A DNA stretch of 64,000 nucleotides from Klebsormidium nitens. Lineage: Eukaryota; Plantae; Klebsormidiophyceae. Position 1 is the first letter of the stretch. The number at the start of each line of letters is the position of its first letter. Location of the stretch: contig DF237355.1 of assembly GCA_000708835.1 (NCBI GenBank), positions 13,055-77,054 of the forward strand, written 5' to 3'. Below, piece by piece: positions 1-11,225 of this stretch. The notes beneath the pieces were generated by a model that searched no databases, was not told the DNA's origin, and was given only the letters and a program-made list of their open reading frames with translations. The position numbers and the translations under genes are program-made.

Positions 1-808
1 GATGTGGGGCCCCAGATGCCGCGTTAAGGCTTTGTGGTCAACGCGGGACCCCAGATTTATCTATCCAAAGATACAAAGCAAACACGTCGAGGGCACGTCG
101 AGGCAAATGGCGGCGTCATTCCCTTCGTCTCATCGTCATCGTTGCCTAGCTGGCTAAGACCTTGAACTTCGAGATATGCGTTCAGTTCCGAAGCAGCTAG
201 CCTTTAAATTGTGGGACTGTTTTGTGAGACTCAGGTACTCTTTATTTCGTTCTTGCAACAGCGCCAGTGCGTCTCACAATATAAGAATGATGTCGCCATC
301 CGTGCTGCTTGATCAATCATCAGATCTGACGGCCTTCCAAGAGCGAGAGCCTGGCCGCTCTGACTACCTTCACGTCAACGGCAAATGACGACATTATCCT
401 GACCAGCTGCGACGGACAGTAGCTGCAGCCTGCAACAAGCTCCTCGCAAGTACGTAGGTTCCAATCAAAAGATACGAATCAAAGACGGGTGCGTGCCGCT
501 CGCGGCTCCGCTTCTGCGCCTGCCGCAATCAGTCGCTCACAAGTGCCGTTTCGGCTGAACGCGCTGCGCGTTCGATAAGCTGCACATTCGACGCCGAAGC
601 CCCGCGCCCGAGATCTAGCGCAAGAGGAAGACCGGCCAGCAAAGACTGCGTTGCGGCGTTTATCCTCATTCGAGGGCCTGTTCAGATCCCGCATTCCAAT
701 TGCAGAAGCGCAAACCGCAGAGGGAGACACGAAAGCTTCCTGCGTAGGCTTGATAGAAACAACGCATCGAAATAGTTGAGCTTTTCAGTGCGATCATCGG
801 TCCTTGAG

Positions 809-3800
809 ATGGCACATCTCTCCCACTGCTCAAAGGCGCAGCTGGCGACCCGCTGCCTCTTCGCTGCAGTCCTGTTGGTCGCCCAGGTGCGTTCTTTGAA
901 TTTAAGCTTTTCAGTCGAACACTTCTCGGTTTGCAATTCGTTCTACGAAGCTCGATCCAATCTTTCTTTGTAAGAAGCAGTCGCCAGTCTATTCCTTTTC
1001 AAAGGGTCCCATCGGATGCACTTCAAGCAGCGTGCACTTTCGCTTTCATTGTTCCGCACTTGAGTTTCTTCATATTGCCCTAATATGAAGGAGAGGGAAT
1101 AAAAGAGGTCTCAACCAGGGTTTGGAGAAGGTCCATTGAGTCGTGAAGGGAGCAATGCGTGGCATGCACGGGCTTTGATATTGTCGAGTTGTTTTTGCGT
1201 TCTTGGCATGTGTTGCTTAGATGTGGTATGATTCTCCACTTTTCTCCCCGTCGTTAGCGTGAGAATTCGAACGGTGGTTTTTCATTGCCCACCAGCCATA
1301 TGGATTCGATCATCACTCCGCCTCAGTTGACGCACGAGTCAGAGACCGAGCAAGACATGCAGCTAGGCATCAATGAAAGGGCGATATACACAGTCCTGTT
1401 TCTCCATGAAAGTTCACAAACACACTCAGTACAGGCTCAAGCACGACTGACTGTGTCTCGGTCCTTTGAGCGGCTCTCATTCGGTCGAATCTTTGCTCAC
1501 TCAATTTCTGCATCGATACCAGATATTCAGCCCCGTGAAGCAAGCGCACAAACCATCCGACAAACGTTCGTGTCAGTCCACTGCCAGTCCACTGCCCTTA
1601 CTCTTCCCATTTCGAAGCTGCTTCCCAATTGTCTTGCAGCACGTTTCTGCGGGAAGGACCCGGGGCCTCTCACGCGCGACGGCCCAGACTTCGAAAGCGG
1701 CCGCGGGTGCTGGCGCGGCCGCGAGCACGACGGCCGGGCGGACTGTGGTGAACGGTGTGGCACTGACGAGCCAGCAGATAGCGGTGCTCAAGTAAGGTGG
1801 AGGTCACCATTTTTTGAGCTCCGATTATTGTTTGAGATCATATGTCAAGTCGACTGGCCGTTTGGATAACGGCCCAGCCAAACCTGGTGGAAGTGCAGAT
1901 TCGAGGAGCAGATGTTGTCCAAGGGAAACGCACGTTTATTCAGTTTAGAAAAGCACACAGTCCACCGGAAGTGGCGCGTCTAGTTCGAAAGTGAGGCGAA
2001 AGTGAAAGTGCAAAGTATTGATCCGCTTATTGTGATGCTTATTCTGATGTACGTGCGTCGCGCAACGTCGATCCGACGGCATACAGTATCTGAGCCGTTC
2101 GACAGTGCCATTAGGGGGTCAAAAGGCCCATTTGTAGAATCGCCCAGATACGTTGCTATTGGAAGGACAGCATTTTTGACTAGGTTATCTGTATTTTTGT
2201 ACACCTCTCTGTAAGGACTGTGAGGAACCCCGGTCAAAGTGACGGCCATTCGAAGCATGGTAGGAAGATGATCAGTGCTTGCGCTTTCCTTATGCTCTTA
2301 TGCCTCCGGCTTTTGGCAATATAACAAAATGTGCTGTGTGCTTGGTTAGCCTGTGCGTTTCTGTTTCAACAGCTGTGGCAAGATCCATAAGGTCACGCAA
2401 TTTCATCGCGTATACACCCCACACCATTTGCTCGTAGAAACGCGGGCATTAACGTCCAACCGGGCAACTTCTGGTACGATTCTCTGAGCGGCGCTTACGG
2501 CAGCGTCGGGGGACCAACCCGGGGACTTCTCCAACCGGGACTGCCTTTTGGTGAGGTTAAGGTTTGATGCATTTCGCCAATTACACGTCATCTGGCCACA
2601 CAAATAGCTTCCGAGAACGTTTTTATCTTTGCATTCCAGAAAAAAGTCACATTTTCGAAGCTCGCTTCTCAAACTCCTTGCAAAGCACCCAGCTTTGCTG
2701 AAACCATGGCGCCAATTGAGCTCCGCTTTTGGATTCCCAATCAGATTCCCTCAGGAGACGCAAATTCAGGCACTTCGTCCTCTCAAATTGGTCTCTGAAG
2801 CGCTCCAAAGAGTCGGTAAAGCGACGCACATGTCGCCAAACTTGTCACCAGGAAAGAATGAGCGAAAGAATGAAAGAATGAACTTATCAACGGATCGCCC
2901 TGGCCCGGAATGGACGGCTGGGATAGCGCACGAGGATTTTCGGTGGAAGAGTAGCGGATCTGAAGGAATGTAGCCGGGTTACGACACACTGCTTGGATAT
3001 TTTGATATCAATCGTGCAGCTTTTCTGTTGGTGCTTCATTTGGTAGACCCTAGCTCACCGATCCGGATACCACCTTTGCCTACCCGGGCGCTTTTCCAAC
3101 CGGGACTGCCTTTTGGTGAAGAACTTCACGATTTTTCATAACCGTATTCCCTCAGGATGGAAAGCGAAGTGAGGGGTTTCAGTCACAGGTGTAGTCGCGA
3201 GGTCGTAGTGTACTCCTTGCAACTCCAGACCAGAACCGCCTTCTGACGTCACTGTTTGCTTTCTGGCAGCAAATCGCAATCCTGAACGGCGGATGCCTTG
3301 TGACGTCAGCAGTTGTCCAACTCGCATATGACGTGAATGCATCGTTGCGAGAAGCGGCAGCCGAACACTCTGTACTCAAGTCCATACTAAAAGCAGATCA
3401 ACCAACATTACTCAACCTTACGAAGAGACTGACATTACATTTCTTCGATTCTGCAGGCGGAACTCTCTCCGCCGACGCTTCCAACGGCAACACCGGCGTC
3501 TTCGTCAACGGTCGGCAGCTTCCCTCGGTGGATCTTACCGCCCTCGAGGCGGCGGGATTCCCGGGCACTATCGGCTACTGGTGGATGGATTCCCTGGGCC
3601 GGTACGGTACCGCGGATAGTACCGTTGTGCTGGGACAGCTGTCGGCCCCAGGGAACAGAACCGGGGCAAGTACGACAACCAGCGGGACAGGTAAGAATGA
3701 CGATCAACTGGGGAATTGTCAGATTGGAAAGCTCTTTATTAACTGAAGATTCCGACTGTCATGGTTTGGAAGAGACTGTTTGTGTTTCGAGATCGAAAAG

Positions 3801-4424
3801 GGACAGCTGTCGGCCCCGGAAGAAGAGACCGGGGCAAATACGACCACAAGCAGGACATGTAAGAATATTAAAGATTGACGAACCAAGTACAAATTAAAAC
3901 TGTGGAGACGGGATTGGAAAGCTCTTATCTGGCTGTCATGGCCCGTTTGCAAGAGACTGTATATGATTTGGGATTGAATAGGTAGACGAACTGCGACGAC
4001 GTATGGGAGAAGGCCTCCGGGAATCCCATGTACATCTGCTGTCCACCGTTTTGATCCCTTTTTGAGGCACACGCAAAGAGTGCAAGCTGTCTCAAACCGA
4101 TGAAGAATTTCAGTGGCACCACTAATGTTTGCCCAATCCATCCTCGGCAAATAGGAAACTAGAAGCTTCGTGATCAAGGCGTGATAGCATGTCAATTTCT
4201 TCCCTAGTTCAACACCGCCGGAAGACCACGTAAGGGGGGCCCGCCCTGTCCAAGGAATTAAGGTTAGACTAATGATGAAGTGTTTGTCTTTGCGCTCAGG
4301 GACGGACACGAGTCCTTATGGCGGCTACAACTGGGGCTCCGACGTCTCGGGTGCGTATGGCGGGGGGGATACCCAGGGGGATTGGTACGTCTCGGTGGAT
4401 GGTACCGATATTACCAACTTCTGA
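809..4424 (+). CDS. Secreted protein (233 aa) with tandem XLG/EDR4-type 'NG...GxFWYD...G' domain; exons 809-886, 1640-1791, 2438-2550, 3457-3690, 4300-4424
   Basis: All introns are GT-AG and splicing keeps the frame. Product: hydrophobic N-terminus (RCLFAAVLLVAQHVSA), Ala/Thr linker, then TVVNGVALTSQQIAVLKNAGINVQPGNFWYDSLSGAYGSVGGPTRGLLQPGLPFGGTLSADASNGNTGVFVNGRQLPSVDLTALEAAGFPGTIGYWWMDSLGRYG. From memory this closely resembles the repeat region of plant XLG N-termini and EDR4-like proteins, and bacterial hypothetical proteins. Confidence 0.85.
3085..3121 (+). repeat. Intronic copy of the 3' end of exon 3 of gene 1
   Basis: tccaaccgggactgccttttggtga occurs at about 2530-2554 (real exon end and donor) and again at about 3095-3119. 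Confidence 0.8.
3800..3926 (+). repeat. Degenerate copy of the exon 4 end and donor region of gene 1
   Basis: gggacagctgtcggcccc...accggggcaa...gtaagaat...gattggaaagctctt is repeated from 3632-3736. Confidence 0.8.
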
Positions 4425-4960
4425 AGACTTTCTACATAAGACCTATATTCGACGCGCCTATACGACGTAAGCAGATACCTTTGCAACAGGCAGTAGATGT
4501 GCGAACGGGATGGTACCGACATTACCCATTTTTTGAGAACCTTTACGGATCTTTTTCGAAGCGCTTATGCAACGCGTGAAACGAAGGTAAGTAGACGATC
4601 AAGCGAGACGTGGTGTATGCGCGATTGGAATGGTACCGACATTACCAACTGCTGAAAACCCTCTACATAAGACCGGTTTCAACGCGCCTATAAGACGTAG
4701 ATGGAAGTCGAGTAGCCCTTTTGCGATAGGCAGTCGATGTGAAACCGGGATACTACCCTTGCTACGAACTCCTAGAAGCCCTCTGTTGGGCATTTCTTTC
4801 AACGAGCTTACATGACTACAGATGAAGTAAGTTGGAAACATCTGCGATAGGCAGTAGGTGTGCGAACGAATCACCGACTTCTTGAGGTCTTCTACTGGAG
4901 GGGAGACCCTCTGAGCCGTTATACGACGTGAAAGAAAGATAAGAGGACGACCAGACGATA
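4397..4960 (+). repeat. Degenerate tandem repeats of the stop-codon and 3'UTR region of gene 1
   Basis: atggtaccga(t/c)attacc recurs at about 4399, 4510 and 4630. Further units carry ggcagt(a/c)gatgtg and cgcctata(c/a)gacgt out to about 4930. Confidence 0.75.
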
Positions 4961-6363
4961 GGCGATACATGGGAAAACGGAACAGATCAGGTTATGGCGG
5001 TCAGCAAACAATTTCTTTTGTCAATTCGGTCAAGCTCCGGCACTGAAATGCTCGACTTTGATTTCGCGAGCCTGTTCGAAGGTCACAGGCTTTCGTGATG
5101 GTATATAGTTGCGAAAGCAACGGTGATGTGGTCGGATAATGAGTCGCGGTGAGCTTGGCAATGAGGTCCTGAAAAAGACGGGCCCAAGAACTAGAGAATT
5201 TGGATGCCGGATATATTCCTTTCCCATGACGAGCACACGTCAGATATTGAGCCTGACTTGCGCATCTGGCCATGAACCAAACGCATCCGCGATCCGCTCG
5301 GAGTTCGTTTCTGAGGACGATCCTGACAAAGATTGGATGGCAAGACCTAGCTCTCTCAGAATCGTCTCTCAGGAGGCCCTTCGGCTTTTTGTGAGAGTCA
5401 TCTTACGTATTCAAAACCTCGTCACAGGCACATGCTTGCATGCTGGCGCAGCCGTCTGCAAATCAGGTTGGGCACCTGAAATTCCTGGCTCGCGGCATAC
5501 GCGGCACGTATTGCAAAGACGCTGCAACGAACTTTTGAAATTCACGTTGCATGGCATCTAGCTACCGTCCTCCTCGGATATGCACGGAGATATACGCCCT
5601 CAATTTCAACTGGGCCCTTTATAAGATACCGTCATCACCACGGCCAGATATTTAAGTGGAGGGATGAGTCCGACGCTTGTTGCAGAAGAACTGCCTACCA
5701 TCGAACGATGGGCGGCCAGCTAGGTTACATCCATATGATCCCTAAGGACACATGCACATGCAGTAAAAGCTTATACAGGCTAGCCTATGGCTTAGCACGT
5801 ATACTAGCATCCATGGCTTTAACAGCCAGTATAGGCCGGAAACGCGCAGATCAAATCCGGTACAGTGTCAGTAGGCTCAAGTCGATAGCTTCAGCGCAGC
5901 CTGCTTTTCGCGTGCCAGAGCCAAGTATAGTTTGCAATAAGTTAGGGCCGGGCGGCCGGCACGAGGACGGTCCAATCACGCGTCACGAAGTCAGTACAAG
6001 CATGAATGGACGGTTGAATGGTACCGCAATGACATCGGCTCGTTTGAGCGCGGTGGGTAAGAAAGTACTAAACGACCGCGTGTGCATGAGGGGCATGCAC
6101 CGATCATTAGCAATACGAATGACTAGAGGGAGCGGCCACGGCCGCGGCAGAAACAATGCAAGTACCGTTGCTCAGCAAACACTACCGAGCTGAGCGGAAG
6201 CTTGAACACAACAAACGCAACAAAGTACGCAGTTCAGAGTTTACGGCCTGATGAGCTCTTCTCTTGTATCTTTCCATGTCAAGAGAGCGTCCAAGTACAA
6301 TCCCCTCGCTTTCCGCCGCTTCGAGTCTCGTTCTGGTTACGGGTCAACGTCCCTGACCTAACC

Positions 6364-9300
6364 TCAATCCGCCTTCTGCGGCCCACTATTTGAGTCCGGC
6401 AAGTCCTTCCGAAAGAACGGCCCCGGGGGCGGGCCCTTTTCCCGCAACGCCCCGCTCGGGTTCCGCTCCGGTTCCGCTGCACTCAAGTTCCGCTCCGGTT
6501 CCGCCCTGGTTACGTTCGGCCGGGCTGCGTCCCTGACCCGCAAATCCAAGCGCACCGGCTCGTACTTTTCCGACATCGCCTCCGCAATTGGCACTTTGTG
6601 CCCGTTCACCTGAGGCTTAGCCAGCTGTCCATCCGTCCCCGCTGCCACGTGGGCACCTTCATTCAGCGCCACGTGGCTCACTCCCTCCGTTTCGCTCTTC
6701 TCAACCACGTCCGGGTCGGCGCCTAAGCCGGTCGAGCCAACCGACGGTTCGCTGACGACCGGTTCTTCCTCCCGGGCAACTACCGTTGGTTTTCCAAGTG
6801 CATCAAACGCAATCCGGGTTTGTACCCTAGAGACCGTCGCCTGCTCGACCTTTTTCGCGGCCTCCTGGAGCACCCGCTGGGTCTCCGCGAGCGCGGCGAG
6901 GACGGCGGGGCTTTTGGGCATCGCGTGGAGGGCGGCCGCCGCGGCCTCGGCCTCCCTAAAGAGGGCCCTATACAGAAACAGTATGGAAAAGGTTGGTAAC
7001 CCATTTTTCCTACATCTTTCCTTTTTCTCCTTTCTCGTTTCGCCGCAGGGAGGAAGGCGGGCGTGCCCCTACCCGTCGAGGTTCCCTTGTGAAAGCAAAG
7101 CGGTAGAGGGTTGAAAGCACGTTTACTGGCCACCCCCTTTCGAACAAATTGATAATCAGATGGAGTAAATACAGCTTATTCTTCTCGGATCAGAGGGTAT
7201 AGAGGTTGCCGACGTAAAAGTCGATCTGACGGTAGATTGATGTCAACCTATATTCCGAAACATCTCAAAGGACGGGTTTGGTGATCGTCACTGGCGGGAC
7301 CCAAGGGCAGTGATGGAATTGTTGACGCAACTCGCTTCCGTTCCGGCCCAATTTCTCAACCCTGCTTGAGGATTCGGACCTTGGAAAGCTGACACCTCTG
7401 CTGATTTCCTTCACGGGGAATGGAGGCTGATAATAACATAAAACGTTGTCTGCCACTCTATGAAGCGGAGTAACGGGTTTGACGTATTGCGACGTCGTAT
7501 CGCATTCTCGTATACCAAAATACCAAAGCAGCGCCCTAGAAGCAGCACAAGCGTGACCTCTTTACAACAGACGACCTTCAGAAGCTAGCGATCCAAAAGC
7601 AAACAACTAGAAAGGGGAGACAGAGTTGCGTGATGCTTGCCTGGCTTCCTCGGCCAACTCCCGCCTTCGCGCCTCCAGGGCCTTCATATTGCCCAGTGTC
7701 TCCGTCCGCTTCAACTTCTGCAAAAGCGAAAGCGAAATCTGCGTCAGGAGTCTGGTAACTAAAGAGTGACTTAACAGCGGGGTGACTTAGGATAGGCACC
7801 GGGGAGACGGGTCGGGTTAGCATGGTGGTTAGGGTGGGTTCGGGTGCGGAGCGGGTGATTATTTGGGTTAGGTTTTTGTTTGTTTGGTCGGAAATTGTGT
7901 ATTTTAAGTCACTCACCCGTTAAGTCACCCCGGAGTTACCAGTATCGCATCAGGTCGAGGATTCAGGGGCGAAATGTTTGGCAGCTTTTGTAGTCAAGGG
8001 TTAGGCGAGAAAGATGAAAATCCCTTGAGTTCGTGAAGGGTTCATGTTCATGCTAGCTCTTAAGCAAAGCAGGACTCGAGCTGCAATGTCACGTAGGCTC
8101 CTGAAGTGCACCATGCATCTATGCTATTTAGATCCAGCCTGGAAGCAGCAGCCCTTTTGACAAGGCCACTCATTAAACCCTGAAACATGGATCCCAGAAT
8201 CAGACCCCTCTACTGAACTATATCATGTCAAAGCCCCAGCAAAACATCAGCGCGCCTGTACCGCACCCAAGGTTGTTACCCCGTGCTCCGCTTCCGGACA
8301 CTCCGATTTTCCGACCCTAGAAAAGATTTTCAATACTATCCTCAATTCCTTCTTGAGATTGTGAACCCGAGCCTCGAACCCCCACCTTTTCCTGCCAGCG
8401 CGCCCGTATCGCATCCGAGATCCTTTGCCGGTGCTCCGCACTCCGGGGCCGTCTTTCCGTTACCATTTTCGCGCGCGGCTTTCTCGCTCGGACCCGATAC
8501 GCTTTCCACCAGTTTTTGGATTCCCTCGCCGCGACCGCGTTTGCGTCCCGCCACATCGCCAGCACGTAATGTGACACCAGCCGTTGTGTTTTTCGCCGCT
8601 CTATTTGCTCCTTGAAGAGCCCTGGAGTGCGGGGCTGCCGGATGTGCCTGCAACAGGGACGCACGTCGTATGTTGCCTCTTTACCTCTGGTCGTCCTTGT
8701 CCTTCGTTCTGTCGGTAGCGATGGAGCAAAGCGTCGCTGAAGCGGGTCCTTTTGACAGGAAGCGAGGGTTCTTCGCGGGGGTGTTTAAAGACAACTATCC
8801 GTTGCCAAACGACGATGACGTGCAAACGTCTAGAAAAGGTCATGCAATGTTTTCCACTTGGAAGAAGGGCGTTCCAAATAAATCGTCGACGGCGTGCTGC
8901 TCCGTCAATTGGAACAGTGGACTGCCGACAGATCCATTTTGCACACAAACAGACTCTACGAGGTCCCAACTTTAGACATCTAGACGACCGTACTTGACAA
9001 ACACACTAATTGCGCAGTGAGGTCTGCAGAGGAACTAAAGCGGGGTGGCACAGACGGACAAAAAAAAGCGAAGACATCTAAGCGGTCTGGCCAGTACTCT
9101 GCAAACTGGACCGTACTAGACTACGAAAAGGCAACAATCTCAGCGCGTTTAAAACAAACTTGAGGTAGAAATGGGCGCAGATCTTACCTGCGAGACACCC
9201 AGCCTTCCGCATGCTTCCGCTCGAGTCGCTGCAGCGTCTTGGGATCCTTCATCGCGGCCATCGTCCGCTCCCTAATGCGTTGTTTCGTTTCTGCACGGGA

Positions 9301-11225
9301 AACCCACAGCCGTCAGATCAGAGGACTCTGACCGGCTCCCGATCGTCCAATAAGGAACAACGATTGTCCTCGTTGTTTCTTTCCATACAGTTCACGACGC
9401 CAGCTCACGCTCCTTGAGCACTTCCCGTCACCTTCGAAGTGATGCTTGCCCGTATTGCCCCACACGCTTCCCCTCGTTTGCAAGCGCAAATTCGGATGCT
9501 TCGATCATGTACCCTTCTTCTTTTGCAGATCAAATGACTTAATCGGGCCCCACAAGTCTAAAACAGCCCTCGAAGACAGGCCCCTCACCTCCCCGAGTGA
9601 TGCTAGCCCATTGTTCCACGCTCACTGCCCGTCATTCGCCAACCTAGTTCCAAAAGTTCAAACGACTTCTCACCGGCTCATGCAAGTTCAAGACCAAACG
9701 CGGGGAGACATTCCAGCCCTTAACGCAGTCCCCCTCACCTTCCGAATGGTGCTCGCTCTTCTCCCACGCGCGCTTCCCCTCGTTCGCGAGTCAGGATTTC
9801 GCCTATTGACGTAAAATACCCCTCTCCACCGAATCAGGATTGAGGTGCCGAATGTCGGAGCTAACACCACGCCCCCTCACCTTCCGAGAGAACTTTGCCC
9901 TTGTTCCATGCGCGCTTCCCATCATTTGCAAGCCCAACCCCGGCTGGATCACATACTGGAAAGGTAGAAGCTACCGAACAACAATTCGTTTCTCTTCGTC
10001 TCATGCAGGTCAAAGTTCCAACCCGGAGACACAATCTCAACCCTTCTCAAGCACTTCCCCTCACCTTCCGAGTGATGTTTACCCTTGTTCCATGCGCGCT
10101 TCCCCTCGTTTGCGAGCGCAATCCTGGCCCGTCTCAACACTTCCCCCTCGTCGATTACCTCCCCATGGATCTCCGCCTTTAGCCGCACCCGCTGCAGCGC
10201 GGACTCGGGAACGTTCTCAACGTACCGCACACTCCGTTCCTTGAACCGCGCGCGCACTGGTTTTGAATCAGAGTTGTCGTTCTCCTGCAAAGTAGGAGCT
10301 TCTGAATCATTGATGCCTTACATTCCTGAACCGCAGACGTCGTCCTGACAATGCGGGAGACTATTGCGCGGCATAAAACGAGCCTAGCGATTCCAAGGAC
10401 TGCATGCAGCGTTCCTTGAACCGAACACGCGCTGGTTGGGAGTCGGGGTTGTCGTTTGACCCCTGCAATACGGAGCTTATGAATAAATCACTTTTCACAG
10501 GGCTTGAACCGCAGACGTTGTCATGACAATGCAAGGGACCGTTGGGCGGCAAGAATAAGAGAAGTGGCGATTTCCAAGGACTGTATGCTTCGTTCCTTGA
10601 ACAGCACGTGCGCTGGTTTCGAGTCGGGGCTGTCGTTCGACCCCTGCTAATATGAAAAGCTGTTGAGGTTTTCTTTCTCTAGCCACGCCACGCCTAGAAC
10701 AACGTATTCTGTCAAAAGCGGAGGGGAAATTTGGGCTTGCGAATGTGGAGGATGTGGAAAATCTGCAAGCACTGCACACTGCGTTCTCTGTACCGCACAT
10801 GCGTCCGTTTCGAATCAGCACTGTCGTTTCTGGCCCGGCAATCATGATGGTCATTGCGTAACTCCACGTCGATTACATTCACTACGGTCTTTGCAATGCA
10901 CAAGTGTCTTCGAGCGGGTCTTCCCGTCTTCGTTTCTGACCTTTTAGATGGGTCCTAGCGGCAACATTACGTACCCTAAGAATAGAAGAACTCCTGCCCT
11001 CACGCAAGAGAGGTCAACCGGAATCCTCGTGCAATAAGGATTGCTCAATCAAATTTGCTAAATAAGCAGAAAGCGCTCGAAGATATGAAAGAAGCTCAGA
11101 TGCTTGACGACAGGGGAGGAGAATATCAATCGACTGAAGGCAAGCGGAAAAATGGGCGCATTCCTCACCTCTGACGTTGATTCTTCATCCAAATGCCCGT
11201 TAAACTGGATCGCCTCGCCTGGCGC
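6364..11225 (-). CDS. NUMOD3-motif protein of the plant At1g53800 type; 5' end uncertain (may extend to about 13109)
   Basis: Exons include 11169-11225, 10065-10284 (EVLRRARIALANEGKRAWNKGKHHSE), 9188-9290 (ETKQRIRERTMAAMKDPK), about 8386-8750 (RPRSAEHRQRISDAIRARWQE), 7641-7717 (KLKRTETLGNMKALEARRRELAEEAR) and 6364-6967 (ALFREAEAAAAAL..KSPAVLAALAETQRVLQEA). The order and motifs match my recollection of the plant NUMOD3-domain family. Splicing around 8386-8750 is not fully resolved. Confidence 0.75.
7752..7942. repeat. Imperfect ~38-bp inverted repeat pair (foldback or mini-MITE) in an intron
   Basis: Left arm ctggtaactaaagagtgacttaacagcggggtgactta (from 7752). Reverse complement of the right arm (ending 7942) is ctggtaactccggggtgacttaacgggtgagtgactta. 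No clear TSD. Confidence 0.5.
9420..10130 (-). repeat. Four degenerate copies of the donor-side end of the NUMOD3 WNKG exon plus the real copy
   Basis: ccc(c/g)tcacct(t/c)c..gtgatg..gcttccc(c/a)tc(g/a)ttt units start at about 9421, 9580, 9731 and 9874; the real copy is at 10056. Confidence 0.8.
10380..10850 (-). repeat. Three degenerate copies of the acceptor-side start of the same exon
   Basis: cgttccttgaacc...gcgctggtt...gtcgtt..ccctgc units occur at about 10410, 10590 and 10785, matching 10236-10290. Confidence 0.7.

Noticed and set aside
9420-10130. CRISPR-like repeat-spacer appearance
   Set aside because: The context is eukaryotic, the units are long and degenerate, they match the adjacent exon, and no cas genes are present.
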